From positions 22,839,188 through 22,878,793 of the forward strand of contig NC_069006.1 of the NCBI RefSeq assembly GCF_001194135.2: DNA of 39,606 nt, given 5' to 3'. The notes beneath the pieces are model-generated. The model made no database searches. It saw only the letters and a program-made list of their open reading frames with translations, and was not told the origin of the DNA. Shown piece by piece: positions 22,598-34,858 of the stretch. Position 1 is the stretch's first letter; every line of letters begins with the position of its first letter. Both the position numbers and the translations under genes were made by a program. The stretch comes from Octopus bimaculoides (Eukaryota).

Positions 22598-22745
22598 GAC
22601 GGTTTCCGTCTGCAAAATTCAATCGCAAGACTTTGGACGTCCCGAAGCTATAGTAGAAGACACATACCCAAGGTACTACACAGTGAAACAGAACCCAAAA
22701 CCATGCGGTGCGGAAGCTATCATCTTACCACACAGCCGCGCCTAT
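22595..22745 (-). mobile_element. tRNA-type SINE (same family as 21645-21795), inverted
   Basis: tttccgtctgcaaaattcaatcgcaagactttgg...gctatagtagaagacac...cccaagg...cttaccacacagccgcgcct. Confidence 0.8.
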
Positions 22746-25127
22746 GCCTAAAACGTAAAAGATGATATATATGTATATATATATATAAGATAAAAGGCAC
22801 GTATATAAACATAGACAACTATACACTATCATATATGTAAATGTATGTGTATATTTAAACAAATAAGGATACATATATATATGAGTGTGTGTATATGTGT
22901 GTGTGTGTGTATGTGAGCCTGTGTATACACACGTATATACACACACACACACAGACGTGTAACCTAAAATATTATTCTATTGGTCGTTTCTCTTTCAACT
23001 TCAAGTAGAACTAACCTATCTTCATCCACTTACATTTCTTTCTTTCTTTCTTGCTCTAATTTGTTTCATCTTTTTCTTCTTCCTCCCTCCTTTATTCATT
23101 TCCTTCTTTTTTTTCTTATTTCCCTTTTTCTTTACCTTCTTGATTTCTACTACTTAATTGTTTCCTTTCTGTTCTTGTTCGTCTACCCGTCTAAATCAAC
23201 AATCCACACGCACATACTTTCTCATACCCATCCCTTTCAATGTTTCCCCTCCCCCTGAAACACACACACACAACCTCATGTCCTTTCTGAAAATTCCATT
23301 ATTGTAATGGAAACATAAGTAATGAACGAGAAAATACTGCAACATAACTTGCATCCACTGCAATTCATAGATTCAGAAACAAAAGGGATGAGACAGTTAT
23401 AGTTGGCATGTCTTTCATCACAGGTATACTTGATCGATTCGTACCCGAGATCAAATAACGAATACAATACGAAACTACTGTGACGTGCATATATATATAT
23501 ATATATATANNNNNNNNNNNNNNNNNNNNNNNNNNNNNNNNNNNNNNNNNNNNNNNNNNNNNNNNNNNNNNNNNNNNNNNNNNNNNNNNNNNNNNNNNNN
23601 NNNNNNNNNNNNNNNNNNNNNNNNNNNNNNNNNNNNNNNNNNNNNNNNNNNNNNNNNNNNNNNNNNNNNNNNNNNNNNNNNNNNNNNNNNNNNNNNNNNN
23701 NNNNNNNNAAAAAAGATGGAAAACAGGACAAGTAAACACATAGAACGACCCTTCGTTCTTTGTCGGTCCGAATAGTCATTATTGTAAGGCTTATAGCGTT
23801 CCAAACAGCCGTAGCAATGAAATTACTTTTAATTTTTTTTTACAAAAATAATACGGTTATTTAAAAATCTTTTCATTCAATAAATGTTTTTACATAACGT
23901 ATACATTAATAGAATACACTGTCAGTTTTCCAGATAGCAAATTAAAACTTAAAATGAAAATATTAAAGGAGAAAGTGAGAGACTTTGCAAATGAAAATGG
24001 AATACTCTGCAGTGAATGCAATGAATATTTAAATTTGCGAGAAATTGGAGTTAAAAATTCAATAAAATTGTGAACCGAAATTATAGGAAATTTCTTAGAA
24101 CATGAATTTATAAAAAATATTTCCAGACGGTCAGCCCATTAATAATTACTTTCTTTTAGTACTTTTAGTAATTGTTACATACCTAATTAATAAGGAGCTT
24201 TCTCTATTATAGTATATAGATATATGTGTGTGCGTGCTCGTGCATATGTAACGTATAGAAAAACACCTGAAATAAAAGCATAAACGTTATCCAAATATCC
24301 CACCATTTGGCTTTACACTACTAACTCAATAACTGCTCCCTTTCGTAAGTTTATTAAAAATATCAAGGGCAGACGACAGGAACTTATTATGTTTGCTTAA
24401 CTTGCTTTTAGGTATTTCTGGGGAGGGTAAAAAGTATAAAATGCTCAGCTTTTCGTTCTGTCTGCGATATCCTGCCTTGTCACATATGAAATAATGTTAA
24501 GGGATGTCTTACAAAAATAAAATGAAAAAGTAACTACCAAGAAAGAAAGAAAAGCAGCTCTGGAAAAGAAGTAATTCTTTCAAAGTATTTTTCTTCTAAT
24601 AATTGTTAATTCTGTTTTTATATCGTGTAGACATTTTCTTCTAACAACTGAATATAAAAATAGAAAAATAGTTGTTAATGACGTAGGCACAGAGTCAGAA
24701 ATTTTGGTGAAGGACGCAGTTGCATAAATTGACTCCTAGCACTAAACTGTTAGTCAAATGATAACCAATCATTTTAGACATTTTATCGAAACTTCGAAGG
24801 TAAAAAGTTGACGTCGTCAAGATTTTTAATTTATAATTGAAAGCAACAACACTAAATAAAGCAAAGTATTCAAGAAAACACATTTTTTTCTACTGGAAAT
24901 ATCGAACCCTAATGTTTAAAGTACCAATGTAGAGGAAATGTGAATTCAAAAATGCAAACAGGTGGTGTCTTTGTTTCCATCTTGAAATTATACACTCTGG
25001 CATGGATTTTGTCATGACGGAAAACTATTATGCTTAATTAAACTCCCAAATTCAGTGAAACAGTGTAGTTACATTTGACATGCATATACATAAATACATA
25101 CATACACAAAAAAGCGCGCGCGTGTAT

Positions 25128-25285
25128 GGCATCGAATTGGCAGGCTCGTCAGAGTGTCATGAAAAATACCTTACAGGTTTGTTCCGCTCTTGGCGCTCTG
25201 ATTGCAAATGCTGGGGTCGATGTAATCGACTCGTCCCCATCTCAAAACTTGCTACCCTTGTGGCATAATTAGAAACCATTATTAT
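25128..25285 (+). mobile_element. Internally deleted SINE (ggcgagctggcagaa family)
   Basis: Diverged 5' head ggcatcgaattggcagg..., then ctggggtcgatgtaatcgactcgtcccc...ccttgtggcataattagaaacc and an (att)n tail. Confidence 0.65.
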
Positions 25286-25614
25286 TATTATGACTTATTT
25301 ATTTAGTCTAAGGCACGTTGACACCACTCATATTTTCAAGGCCATATATTGCTAATTCCATTCAAAGCTAAAAGCTAAAAGCTTTTAACCTCACCCTCAC
25401 ACCTGCTTCATTTCCTGCTCATTTTCTCTCCCAAATTGTCGACTTTCTCAATTTGCTACATTTTATTAATTTTGCTTAAGTTTTGTATGCAAACAAACAC
25501 AACCATCACACTTTCATTCAGTTCTATTCACTCGTACATCTTTTTCCTCTGCATACTTCCTCACTTTATATATACTTCTCTTCTTTTTTTTCTCTTTCTC
25601 TCCCTATCCCTCTT

Positions 25615-25885
25615 TGCAAATAGGGGCTTTGCAGGGCTTACGGTTAGAAGATGGCTTCAGACTTTGAAAGTAGTTGAACTTCAAGTGAATGTCCGGATTA
25701 GGCGCATTTATTGGGCAGAAGATGTTGGATAGAGAAAAGGCTAAAAAGCAACACTGAAAGAGGAACTGAGTAGGGTATGTTATTGCAGTGCTGATCAGCC
25801 AGACAGTGATGTACAACATTTAAATGACGGAAACATCGATAAGCTCCCGCGTGTTGCTGATGGTTCTCCAGTATTGGCAGCAAAA
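25615..25885 (+). mobile_element. Possible 3' end of a NeSL/HERO-like RLE LINE
   Basis: NRGFAGLTVRRWLQTL resembles the C-terminal (EVG)xRGFxGxxxxRxL motif of these ORFs. The following gctgatcagcc...gacggaaacatcgat...ctgatggttctcc resembles their 3'UTR (from memory, not aligned). Confidence 0.4.
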
Positions 25886-26032
25886 AATTACCCTGATGAT
25901 ATTTTATTTAAGATAAGCATTTATTTATACGATATACTTGCTTCATGAAATAGATTTCTAATGAATAAAAGTTACGCGATAAATATGCGATCTACTTCTG
26001 GCAGTTAAAATTGATCGAGGCAAAACAATATG

Positions 26033-26243
26033 TTCTTTTCTACTCTAGGTGCAAAGCTCGAAATTTTGTGGGGAGGAGACCAGTCGATTAGATCGACTCC
26101 AGTACGCAACTGGAACTTAATTTATCGGCCCTGAAAGGATGAAAGGCAAAGTGAACCTCGGCGGAATTTGAACTCAGAACGTAAAGACGAAATACGGCTG
26201 ATCATTTTGCCCAGCGTGCTAACGTTTCTGCCAGCTCGCCACC
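26033..26243 (-). mobile_element. tRNA-derived SINE, full length, youngest-looking copy in the window
   Basis: Reverse complement reads ggtggcgagctggcagaaacgttagcacgctggg...gttctgagttcaaattccgccgaggttcactttgcctttcatcc..., with an intact B-box-like GTTCAAATTCC. Confidence 0.9.
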
Positions 26244-26444
26244 TTACAAAATGCAAACAAAGATGAGCAGATACAAAGGTTTGGTCGAATCATACAAACC
26301 ATGAATGATGAAAACTTTATTACCATAATTCAGCCATCAAGGAGGCATCTGTTCAGTTATGTAATATTGAGAACATGCAGCTCGAAAACGATACGGATAC
26401 ACATAAACGCGCATACACAAACAACATACAAATACCCACACACT

Positions 26445-26575
26445 AAATTTTAGTCTACGAAATCTCACTCACACAGAGTTGATCAACTCAGGGTTACAAT
26501 AAAAGGTGCTGCGCGAACCAAGAACCACATAGTCGCGAAGAAAATGTCTTATCTACAGCCATGTTTGCAGCTTTA
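26445..26575 (-). mobile_element. Degraded SINE (21645 family)
   Basis: ttagtctacgaaatctcactcacacagagttgatc...gaaccacatagtcgcgaagaaaatgtcttatctacagccatg. Confidence 0.5.
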
Positions 26576-28199
26576 TATAAAACTTTTGGTTATTTTACTT
26601 TTTCGCAAAATATTTCCGTATTTTCCTTTTAGTCTTCTGCTTCGTTTTTCAAATTGAATGTTCTTCCCAGATAGGAAACTTGATACAATGCAGGTAGCAT
26701 TCCGATTCAGGCTCATTTACTCCATTAATGGATAAAGCTTAATTCTTATTCTACAATTAATTGCAACTAATAAACACTTTGCCTTGTTAAATTTTCTGAG
26801 TGTAATACAACACTGAAAGCTACCGAATTACTTACAAAACGATATACATACATACACAAACACACACTCAGTGTACCAAAATTGCTTAGCTCATTATCAT
26901 TACAAAAAAAAAAAAAAAAAGAACTGGTGTCTGGGTTACAAAGAAACAAGATATATAAGTCCTCTTATTAAAAAATGTTTTTCTTTCTATAGGAAAAGAA
27001 ATCTTAAAATAACATGACAGTAACAACAACTTGCTCATGCAAGATATAGTTTCTGGGAAAACCAATGAGCAATTATTCAGGCATATAATGTATTTTTAGA
27101 TTCAGAGGTTGTATATTCACAATAAACAAGACAAGAAAGTTAACCGAGGTGGATTATTTAGTTTTAAAAAATGGCAGTAGAGAGAATTTTGTGTCAAAAT
27201 TTCGAAATGTTTATAAAACCAAATTCTGATTAGAGTTTAAATTACAATTTCAATTTTGAGATTTGTTTTCATCTTTATTTCGGTGTATAGAAGCAACTTA
27301 GTCTTATAAGTTTGAAATTTTAAACTGATAGAAAAGAAATAATAAACTAAAGAAAAAATGGGAAGCATTAAAACTTGGATTGATATTCGAACTCTTAAAT
27401 ACTGATTTTCTCAAAAATATAAGATCTACTATGTTATAATCCTGCGATACCTCGGAGCATTTGCATCTTGTGATGGAAGCTTGTTTGAGATGTGTTTGAG
27501 GGATGAACTGTAGAACACATTCGTCACTAACTACAATCTGTTGTCAGAAATGGTGTGAATCTAACGGCATTGTAAACTGAGATTACTAGATGTGTATAGA
27601 GGAATTGGAGTTCGCATTTTCATTGCTTTCTTCAAAATCACAACAAGAGATGAGCTCAGCAGGGTTAAGAAACACACCAGTTTTACATTAAGGAAGCTGT
27701 TTTAACAGCAGAGGTGTATCATTTATATCGTATCACAATTGAGTAAAAGACAAATGAACAGAGACGGAGAGTGGAAGAAATAAATATAGAAATATATTGA
27801 AAGAGAGAGAGAGAGAGAGAATTAGTGTGCGGAGACAGTTGACGTTACATCACAATTGGTGAACGACAACGTCACTGGTTACCTGTTCCCAACGGCTCAA
27901 TCTGTGGTTCACTGCATTTCCAGGGCGACCAATGACACGGTGGCTTTTGTGAATTAGTGCAGAACACATAACGCTAAGAATTTCTACCGAAGAGCTCAAA
28001 CTTTTTCCTGCACAAGTGTCTGTGTATATATGTATATATATATATATATANNNNNNNNNNGCATGTGTGTGTGTATATAAGAAAAAAAAAGCAGGATTAA
28101 AAAGCGCAGGCAGATATCAATAAATCACTCAGTTTTAAACGAATTTGGTAACATACATCCAGCAATCAGAGCTAAACGTACCCAATAACATGAAAGTTT

Positions 28200-28325
28200 T
28201 ACTGATGAGCTTCCACAAAATTTCCGTCAACCAAATTTCACTCATAGGGTTTTGATTGCCTCAAGTCTTATAGTAAAAGACACCTTCCAAAGATACCACA
28301 CTGTGCGAACGAACTCCAAACTACA
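28200..28325 (-). mobile_element. Degraded SINE (21645 family)
   Basis: gagcttccacaaaatttccgtcaaccaaatttcactcatagggttttg...tatagtaaaagacaccttccaaagataccacactgtg. Confidence 0.6.
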
Positions 28326-29085
28326 TAATAACATCATAATTTCTTCTCTGATTTAAAGTAGGATAGAGACCCGTTTGTGTGTTAATGTCTAGCTATGTAG
28401 CGCTTGTATGACATACAGAACATTCACATTTACTCTCCATTTGGCAGATAGAGTAGATAAGATTGCTGATACCACTGAGAGAAGCTTTCAATGAACGCCA
28501 GTCAGAGGCAAGATGAAGAAATGTATTTTATGTCTGCTTCATTAAGATCAGCAGCAACTTAAATAGTAATGGCAGCGCCAACAGCAACGGCCTGAAGGAC
28601 AACAATAATCATTGGTATGGAAGAACAACAAGATTCACAGATATATGCAAAACAACAGACGATTGCTTGTTTACGTATTCACAGCTGCATAGTTACTGTA
28701 TTAATTTACCATTTACGTAACTCAAACTCTTTGAGACACACACACAGAGAAGAGGAAAATATGCTAGATTTGCCTAATAGCTTTAGCATCGCATACGCAG
28801 AGTGTAATGCCATAGCTATAACTGCAGATACAATTAACCTAGCTTCAACTGTTGCTGCTGATTAGAACTGGCAAGTCAACTTAATAGTTGTTAGAATTAC
28901 GTGAAGGACAAATACCACATTTGATTGCAAGAAACTCAGTAGTGCAATCTTGAGAGTATGCATCTGAAATCGTAAGGCTATATACTAACTACAGTTGCTA
29001 GTGTGTATACATCTATCTAATGTCAAGATACTTCTGCATCGCTAATTTGTTACACAGCCTTTCTTAAAAATACTATTAACGAAAG

Positions 29086-29290
29086 GTTTCCAATTTAGGC
29101 ACAAGGCCAGCAATTTTTGAGGGAACGAGATTAGTGTATGTCAACGATCCAGTTATTTGACTTCATCGACCCCAAAAAGATAGCAGGCAAAGTTGACTCT
29201 GATGGAATTTGAAATCAAAATGTAAAGAGTCGGAACAAATACCGCAAAGCATTTTGCCTCACGCTCTAACGATACAGTCAATCCACACCC
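29086..29290 (-). mobile_element. tRNA-derived SINE (ggcgagctggcagaa family), diverged
   Basis: ggcacaaggccagcaattttt...catcgaccccaaaaagatagcaggcaaagttgactctgatggaatttgaaatcaaaatgtaaagagtcggaacaaataccgcaaagcattttg. Confidence 0.8.
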
Positions 29291-32244
29291 CACGTGGTTG
29301 CGTTTAATTCTAAGCACTACAAACCTAAAGAATTACAGCTGCAGTAGTAAGAACAATGCCTAGATGATGCTGCATCAATCTCAATACTACGTCAGACTGC
29401 ACCTCAAGCACACACGAAAAAAATAATGCTTACTTTGCTATTCTAAGCAATGCAGTTGCGAAGCAATGCATCATGACAGCTTTTAACAAACGCTGAATGC
29501 ATGCCTAAACGACGTTTGCCCAGAGTAACTAAAGTATTCACATATGTTTTCAGCAACAATATCTAATAAGGTTGGTTGGATGGATGGATGGATAGATAGA
29601 CTTAGACGAGGATATCGAATAAATAAACAGAAATGCTGGGGTTATAGAAATATAACCCCAAATGTGGATCGCAAACGTTCAGTTTCATACAAAACTCTCT
29701 GATAATGACTGAGGGATGAAAATTCTTAAACCCCTGATTGCTGAAGCAACACTGAAAGGCTAAAATAACATTCTGAAAGTTGCAAAATGCGAAAAAAAAA
29801 ATTTGACACGTATTTTCTCAAAAGCAAATTTACTTATTTTCTTCCTTAATTGTATAGAAAACTGTTGATCTCAGCTCTTCCTATTACAAACACTATACTC
29901 ATATGGAAAGAAGACAAAATTCAAAGCTTGGAGGAGTTCTAAAGTTTCCTTACGTTTGAAAAAACGTATCTGGTATTCAAGCAGGTATAATAATTTATGG
30001 TTGAAGCAGAATGTATAGATATTTAGGTAATTAAATGAAACACAATTTTTTAAAATCAAACACACCTCACCTTATCTTGAAATAAGCTTTAAAATGTCTT
30101 AATTCTTTTTCCTTTTTTTATTGTTACTTCTTGTAACTTATTTCTCATGCCCTTGCAAAACTTATATATATGTGTATGTGTGTGTGTGTGTATGGAGAGA
30201 GAGGGAGAGAGAGAGGGAGGGAGAGAGGGAGATGTATGTATATATTGATGAACGCTTGTGCTTATAAGTGGGACAAAATATTAAACGCATAGAATATACT
30301 GTTTATATTTTATTCGAAGCTGAAGGTTTGGGAACTGTAACTTTCACGTTACCGATATCCGAACGATTAAATTAGAGAAGCAGCGGAATAATATATAAGC
30401 AAAAATATTTACGAAGACATTGAACAAAGGACTACCCGCCACGTCAATATTCGATTAGTGAAAAAACAAAGAACTACAGTTTTAAAGCTGTTTTACTGTG
30501 GAACTTCCAACAGATGTAAATACATTTCGTTATTTTCTTCCGTTGGAGAACAAAAGATACTGTCCTCACCTGTTTCACGGTTCCTTGACTATTCATCAGA
30601 GAACAAATACCCACTCATTCTTCTACCCACGATGAAAAGTTAAAGCTATCGCTACATGAATCGAACATAAAGAAAATAGTCCGCGTACAACACGCTCGCG
30701 CGCATTTGAGAGAGAGAGAGAGAGANNNNNNNNNNNNNNNNNNNNNNNNNNNNNNNNNNNNNNNNNNNNNNNNNNNNNNNNNNNNNNNNNNNNNNNNNNN
30801 NNNNNNNNNNNNNNNNNNNNNNNNNTATATATATATATACAGTTATATATGTTTATATATGCATATATACACATATGTATAAAAAGATGAAATTTAAAAA
30901 AAAAGCAAAGCGCGAAAAGAAAGAAAAACAAATGTGAAAACTAGTTATAAGCATTTGTAGGGAGTTAACTGGCCTCATTTGAGTTAGCAGACAGTCAGTG
31001 TCCCAGCATCACTCGCTGACTAAAATAAATAATAAATTACAGAAAAGGGAAAAAGAAAAGAAAGGAAGAAAATAACTCATAACGCTTGTACAACGGGAAA
31101 TTAGATTAACCATTGTGTGTGTCAGTGCTTAATACACATATACACATACGTATAAACACACTGCGTGCGTGTATATTATGTGTGCGCATGTGTGAGCGCG
31201 CGTACGCACATATATATACGGACAAACACGAAAATATATGTACATACATGTAATCCTATGTTTATACGATTTTTTCTTTTTTTCAGTGAATCTAAACCAG
31301 GTGTGGTGGCGGTCTATGGGAAAAAGAGAGTACTGCAATTTACAGATAACGTGGGCAGCTGAAATAGGAGGGTTGATAGGTGGTGTTGACACAAAGAATA
31401 AATAGAAAAGCGACTGCCTTGCTAGAGATTGTGGAGGTATGAGAGTGGGTGGTTGTCGTGTCAAACAACGTAGCGAGGAGCCTGCACTAACAGAGATTGT
31501 TGTTAGAAGACATGCCGATATGAAGGGAAATGGATATGAAGTGGGAAGTCCGAATGAAAAATTGATGTCTAAGTAATTAAGGTTTACACATACTCCACGT
31601 CAAAACTCATGAGTTGAAACCTTAACTACTGCAGGGGTTTTCTAGGATCTTCTTAATCAAAGAGCGAAGGAGTTTGCAAAAATAAAAAAAAATAATAATA
31701 AAAAATTCAGTGTGTTATACAATATTTCAAAATTTACTTATAAATTGCAAGTGTGTCATCTGGAAATCAGCAACGTAATTCCTATAATCATCAGAGTTTT
31801 TCAGTGGGGGCTAAGACCATTTGTGTGCGTGTTATAACGCATTAATATGTGAAGGTTAGTTTGGGCCGAGAGGGATGTACGGAAGTTAAAATGGAGCAAA
31901 AAGATAGGATGACAAATTAGGAAGAGAAAGTACGAAGAAAGATACCGCGTTCAGTTAGTACCAGAAGAAAATACTTCAAAATTCGAAACTATACCAGAAT
32001 AGCAGAAAAATATATATACTTTGTTGAGGAAAGACTAATGTTGAAAGATATAAAGCAACTATTCTATGTACTCTTAGAAAACGGAAAAAAGTGGCCAGCA
32101 AGCCATTACACAGTATCGAAATCCGTACCTCTTAAACTCAGGTTAAGCAAGGCGACATATAACATCAGGTGCCATTTTTATAATGCTAAATATCTTAAAA
32201 TGACAAAAATATTTTGACTTGTTAAAATGATCACCTTTTTTTCA

Positions 32245-32600
32245 TCACTTAAAGCTACACCACTTTTTAGTTGCTAATAACTTTTGACGAGATTTTCACC
32301 ATAAGATTCATCTTAGAGAGCTCTTTCATTTTAACACAACTATTGTATAGTTTTCGTTTACAATAACTAAGATATTTCGATTCAAAGTCAATTTTGGGGG
32401 TTACTTACCAATTTATTCGTCATTTAGAGCCACACTGCTGTTTCATTTTTTAACGAGGTTTTCACCAAAAGATTCTTTTCAATGAGCACAGTCTTTAAAA
32501 TCCAATTAATCTATACTTTTCTTTTAAAATAACTGAGATATTTTGATTTAAAGTTAACTTTTCGCTTTACTCTCTCATTTTTGACCTCGTATATTTGGAC
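32245..32600. repeat. Diverged two-copy tandem repeat, period about 166 bp
   Basis: gacgagattttcaccataagattc versus aacgaggttttcaccaaaagattc (cgag at 32288 and 32454), and aataactaagatatttcgattcaaagt versus aataactgagatattttgatttaaagt. Confidence 0.7.
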
Positions 32601-33659
32601 CTAACTTTTTCAATGAACCAAATTTCAATTATTTTATCTCAAAATGTAGCTTAGGACTGGATCATCATTGCTAAAGACACAGCATTCAATTTGGTTGAGA
32701 ACTGAATTAGTGATGGTGACTATAAGTGTTCGCGAGTAACTAAAATTGACCTTAAGAATATATTAACCCACTGCGTGGGTGAATGATATGTAAATAATTA
32801 TAATCCAAATTGTGTCCTCGTGAAGCATTTCTGCATATCCCAGTATTTGAAAATCGCTTGTAGATGATATAATTGTGTGAGGCATGCATAAGTTTTGTGA
32901 AAAACAAAAAAATAATATTATCCAGTAATTATAAAAATGAGAGGTTGGAAAATAGTTTGGGCATAGTTATTTACTATTACACGTGTTTCATTTTCTAATA
33001 GGAGTTAAAAATTGTACATGTAAGGAAAATTTTTACAAAGTGAATTGCAAATGCTTGACGAATTGTTGTTTACTGAGAAAAACAGCGAATCTTTAATTTT
33101 ACAATATCACAGGTATATTACTTGTATCAAGTTACTGTTTTGATCCAATGGCTTAAAACATGTTTTTCAAAAATTTCTTACAGAATTTTAGAAACTTAGA
33201 TAATGGGCGGAGGGTTCCCTACACTGGCATAAACACTATCTCGGGGTGAAGTTTAATATAAAGAAGCATGAACATTGCAAAGTTATATTTTTATTCGTTC
33301 CAAGTCTATGAATTAGGAGTAATTCTGCATATCTTTCCATGCTGTTATATAAATATTTCCCTACGATAGAAAACAGATGTTAACATCAAATGGCTGAAGC
33401 AGGAGCAAAGTGTTTCTAAGGTCAACAATATGAGGTGAAAGATAAAATGGGTAAGAGATGATGTAATTAATATATTGATTTGACATTGTTTTACATCTTA
33501 AGGATTAATCCTAATTAACATTCAGAACTTTTACCCTATATTTAGTCTCAGAAAAAAAAATGCTGGTTTGAAAGCACACACACACTCGCAGAGAAAAAAA
33601 ATGTATGTATGTTTATGCTTTCATTATAAACACACACATATCTAACCACACACACAACG

Positions 33660-33702
<43 letters not shown>

Positions 33703-33704
<2 letters not shown>

Positions 33705-33735
33705 CAGGGCGCAAAAGTAGGTGTACAGTTATGAA
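33703..33735 (+). mobile_element. Possible solitary Tc1/mariner-type terminal inverted repeat after a TA
   Basis: TA|cagggcgcaaaagtaggtgtacagtt resembles mariner-family TIRs (ta cagggtggg.caaaagtaggtttacagtt, from memory). I found no partner TIR. Confidence 0.35.
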
Positions 33736-34677
33736 AAAAAGAAAACGCGGACAATACTCATTTATTTTTATCAAAAAAATTAAAAGTTACGATAAAAATA
33801 TTATAGTTATAATAAATGTATTATTATGATTAATGACACGGAAAATACCAAAAATGAGGCTAACTAATTTAATTTGCTAATAATTTTAATGAATTAAGTA
33901 TTATAACATCTTTCTCTTTTAGTATTACATTTTCACACCTGTTTAGCCTCCATCCCACTGTTGCTTCGAGCTCATACATTTTATGTCTCCTTTTTTTCTT
34001 CCAATTTACTACCGTTAAAACTCGAAATTGAGCAACGAAGTTTCATGTCATATTTGCTAAGGAGATCTTCCGTGGTTATCTAATCTGCCAGTAGCCAAAT
34101 CGCTCAAAAATCATATCCTGACACGTTAAATAAGGGAAGAAATACATTGGATAAATGTGGTCTTTGACATATCTGTATACTTAGATATATACACATATAA
34201 AATATTCAGACTCACACACAAACTGTTTCTTTCTCAAACTTGTAAGGTATATTTTCTTAGAAATGTTTATTTAATATCAAAATCTGAGTCTTTAGGTTTC
34301 CTTTTCCCAAAATACATTTATATACATCTAGTTACCATCAGGAAGTAAACTGGTATTTGTATGTGCATCGTATACGCGTGTGTATGCGAATCCACAATAT
34401 CATTTAACATTTTTTTATACAGATATCGACCGAGCTAAGAAGTTTCACATATTTCGTCAGCGCAGAATACCTGACACATATCTGTACGCATGCTTACTTA
34501 CACAGCAGTATACGTTTCTACGCCATAATCTTGAAAATGATATGTCTAATAATACAGAAGATCTGAAAAGCAAAGGGATCTTCAATGAAAGCGCATATAA
34601 ACAAAGATAAAAAGATTAAATAAAACGCACGGCTTTTCAGAGCTCTTATTAGTTTCCAGAATGTTCATACTGTTATA

Positions 34678-34858
34678 CATATATATAACGGTATTATATA
34701 TATGTATATATGACAGTATTATATATATGTATATATAACAGTATTATATGTATATATATAACTGTATTATATATATATATATGTATATATATAACAGCAT
34801 TATATATATATATAACTGTATTATATATATATATATAACTGTATTATATATATAATAC
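34678..34858. repeat. AT-rich minisatellite: about 7 variable units of (TA)n-AAC(A/T/G)GTATT
   Basis: aacggtatt, gacagtatt, aacagtatt, aactgtatt, aacagcatt, aactgtatt and aactgtatt, separated by variable (TA)n/TATG spacers. Confidence 0.85.

Noticed and set aside
30570-30651. Minus-strand exon-like unit ending MNSQGTVKQ|gtgagg; also a CTGATGA...GAAAC hammerhead-like spacing
   Set aside because: No downstream compatible exon was identified, and the flanks give no stem I for a ribozyme.
31921-32217. 98-codon stop-to-stop plus-strand frame
   Set aside because: No early ATG, weak acceptor and no recognisable motif; compatible with chance.
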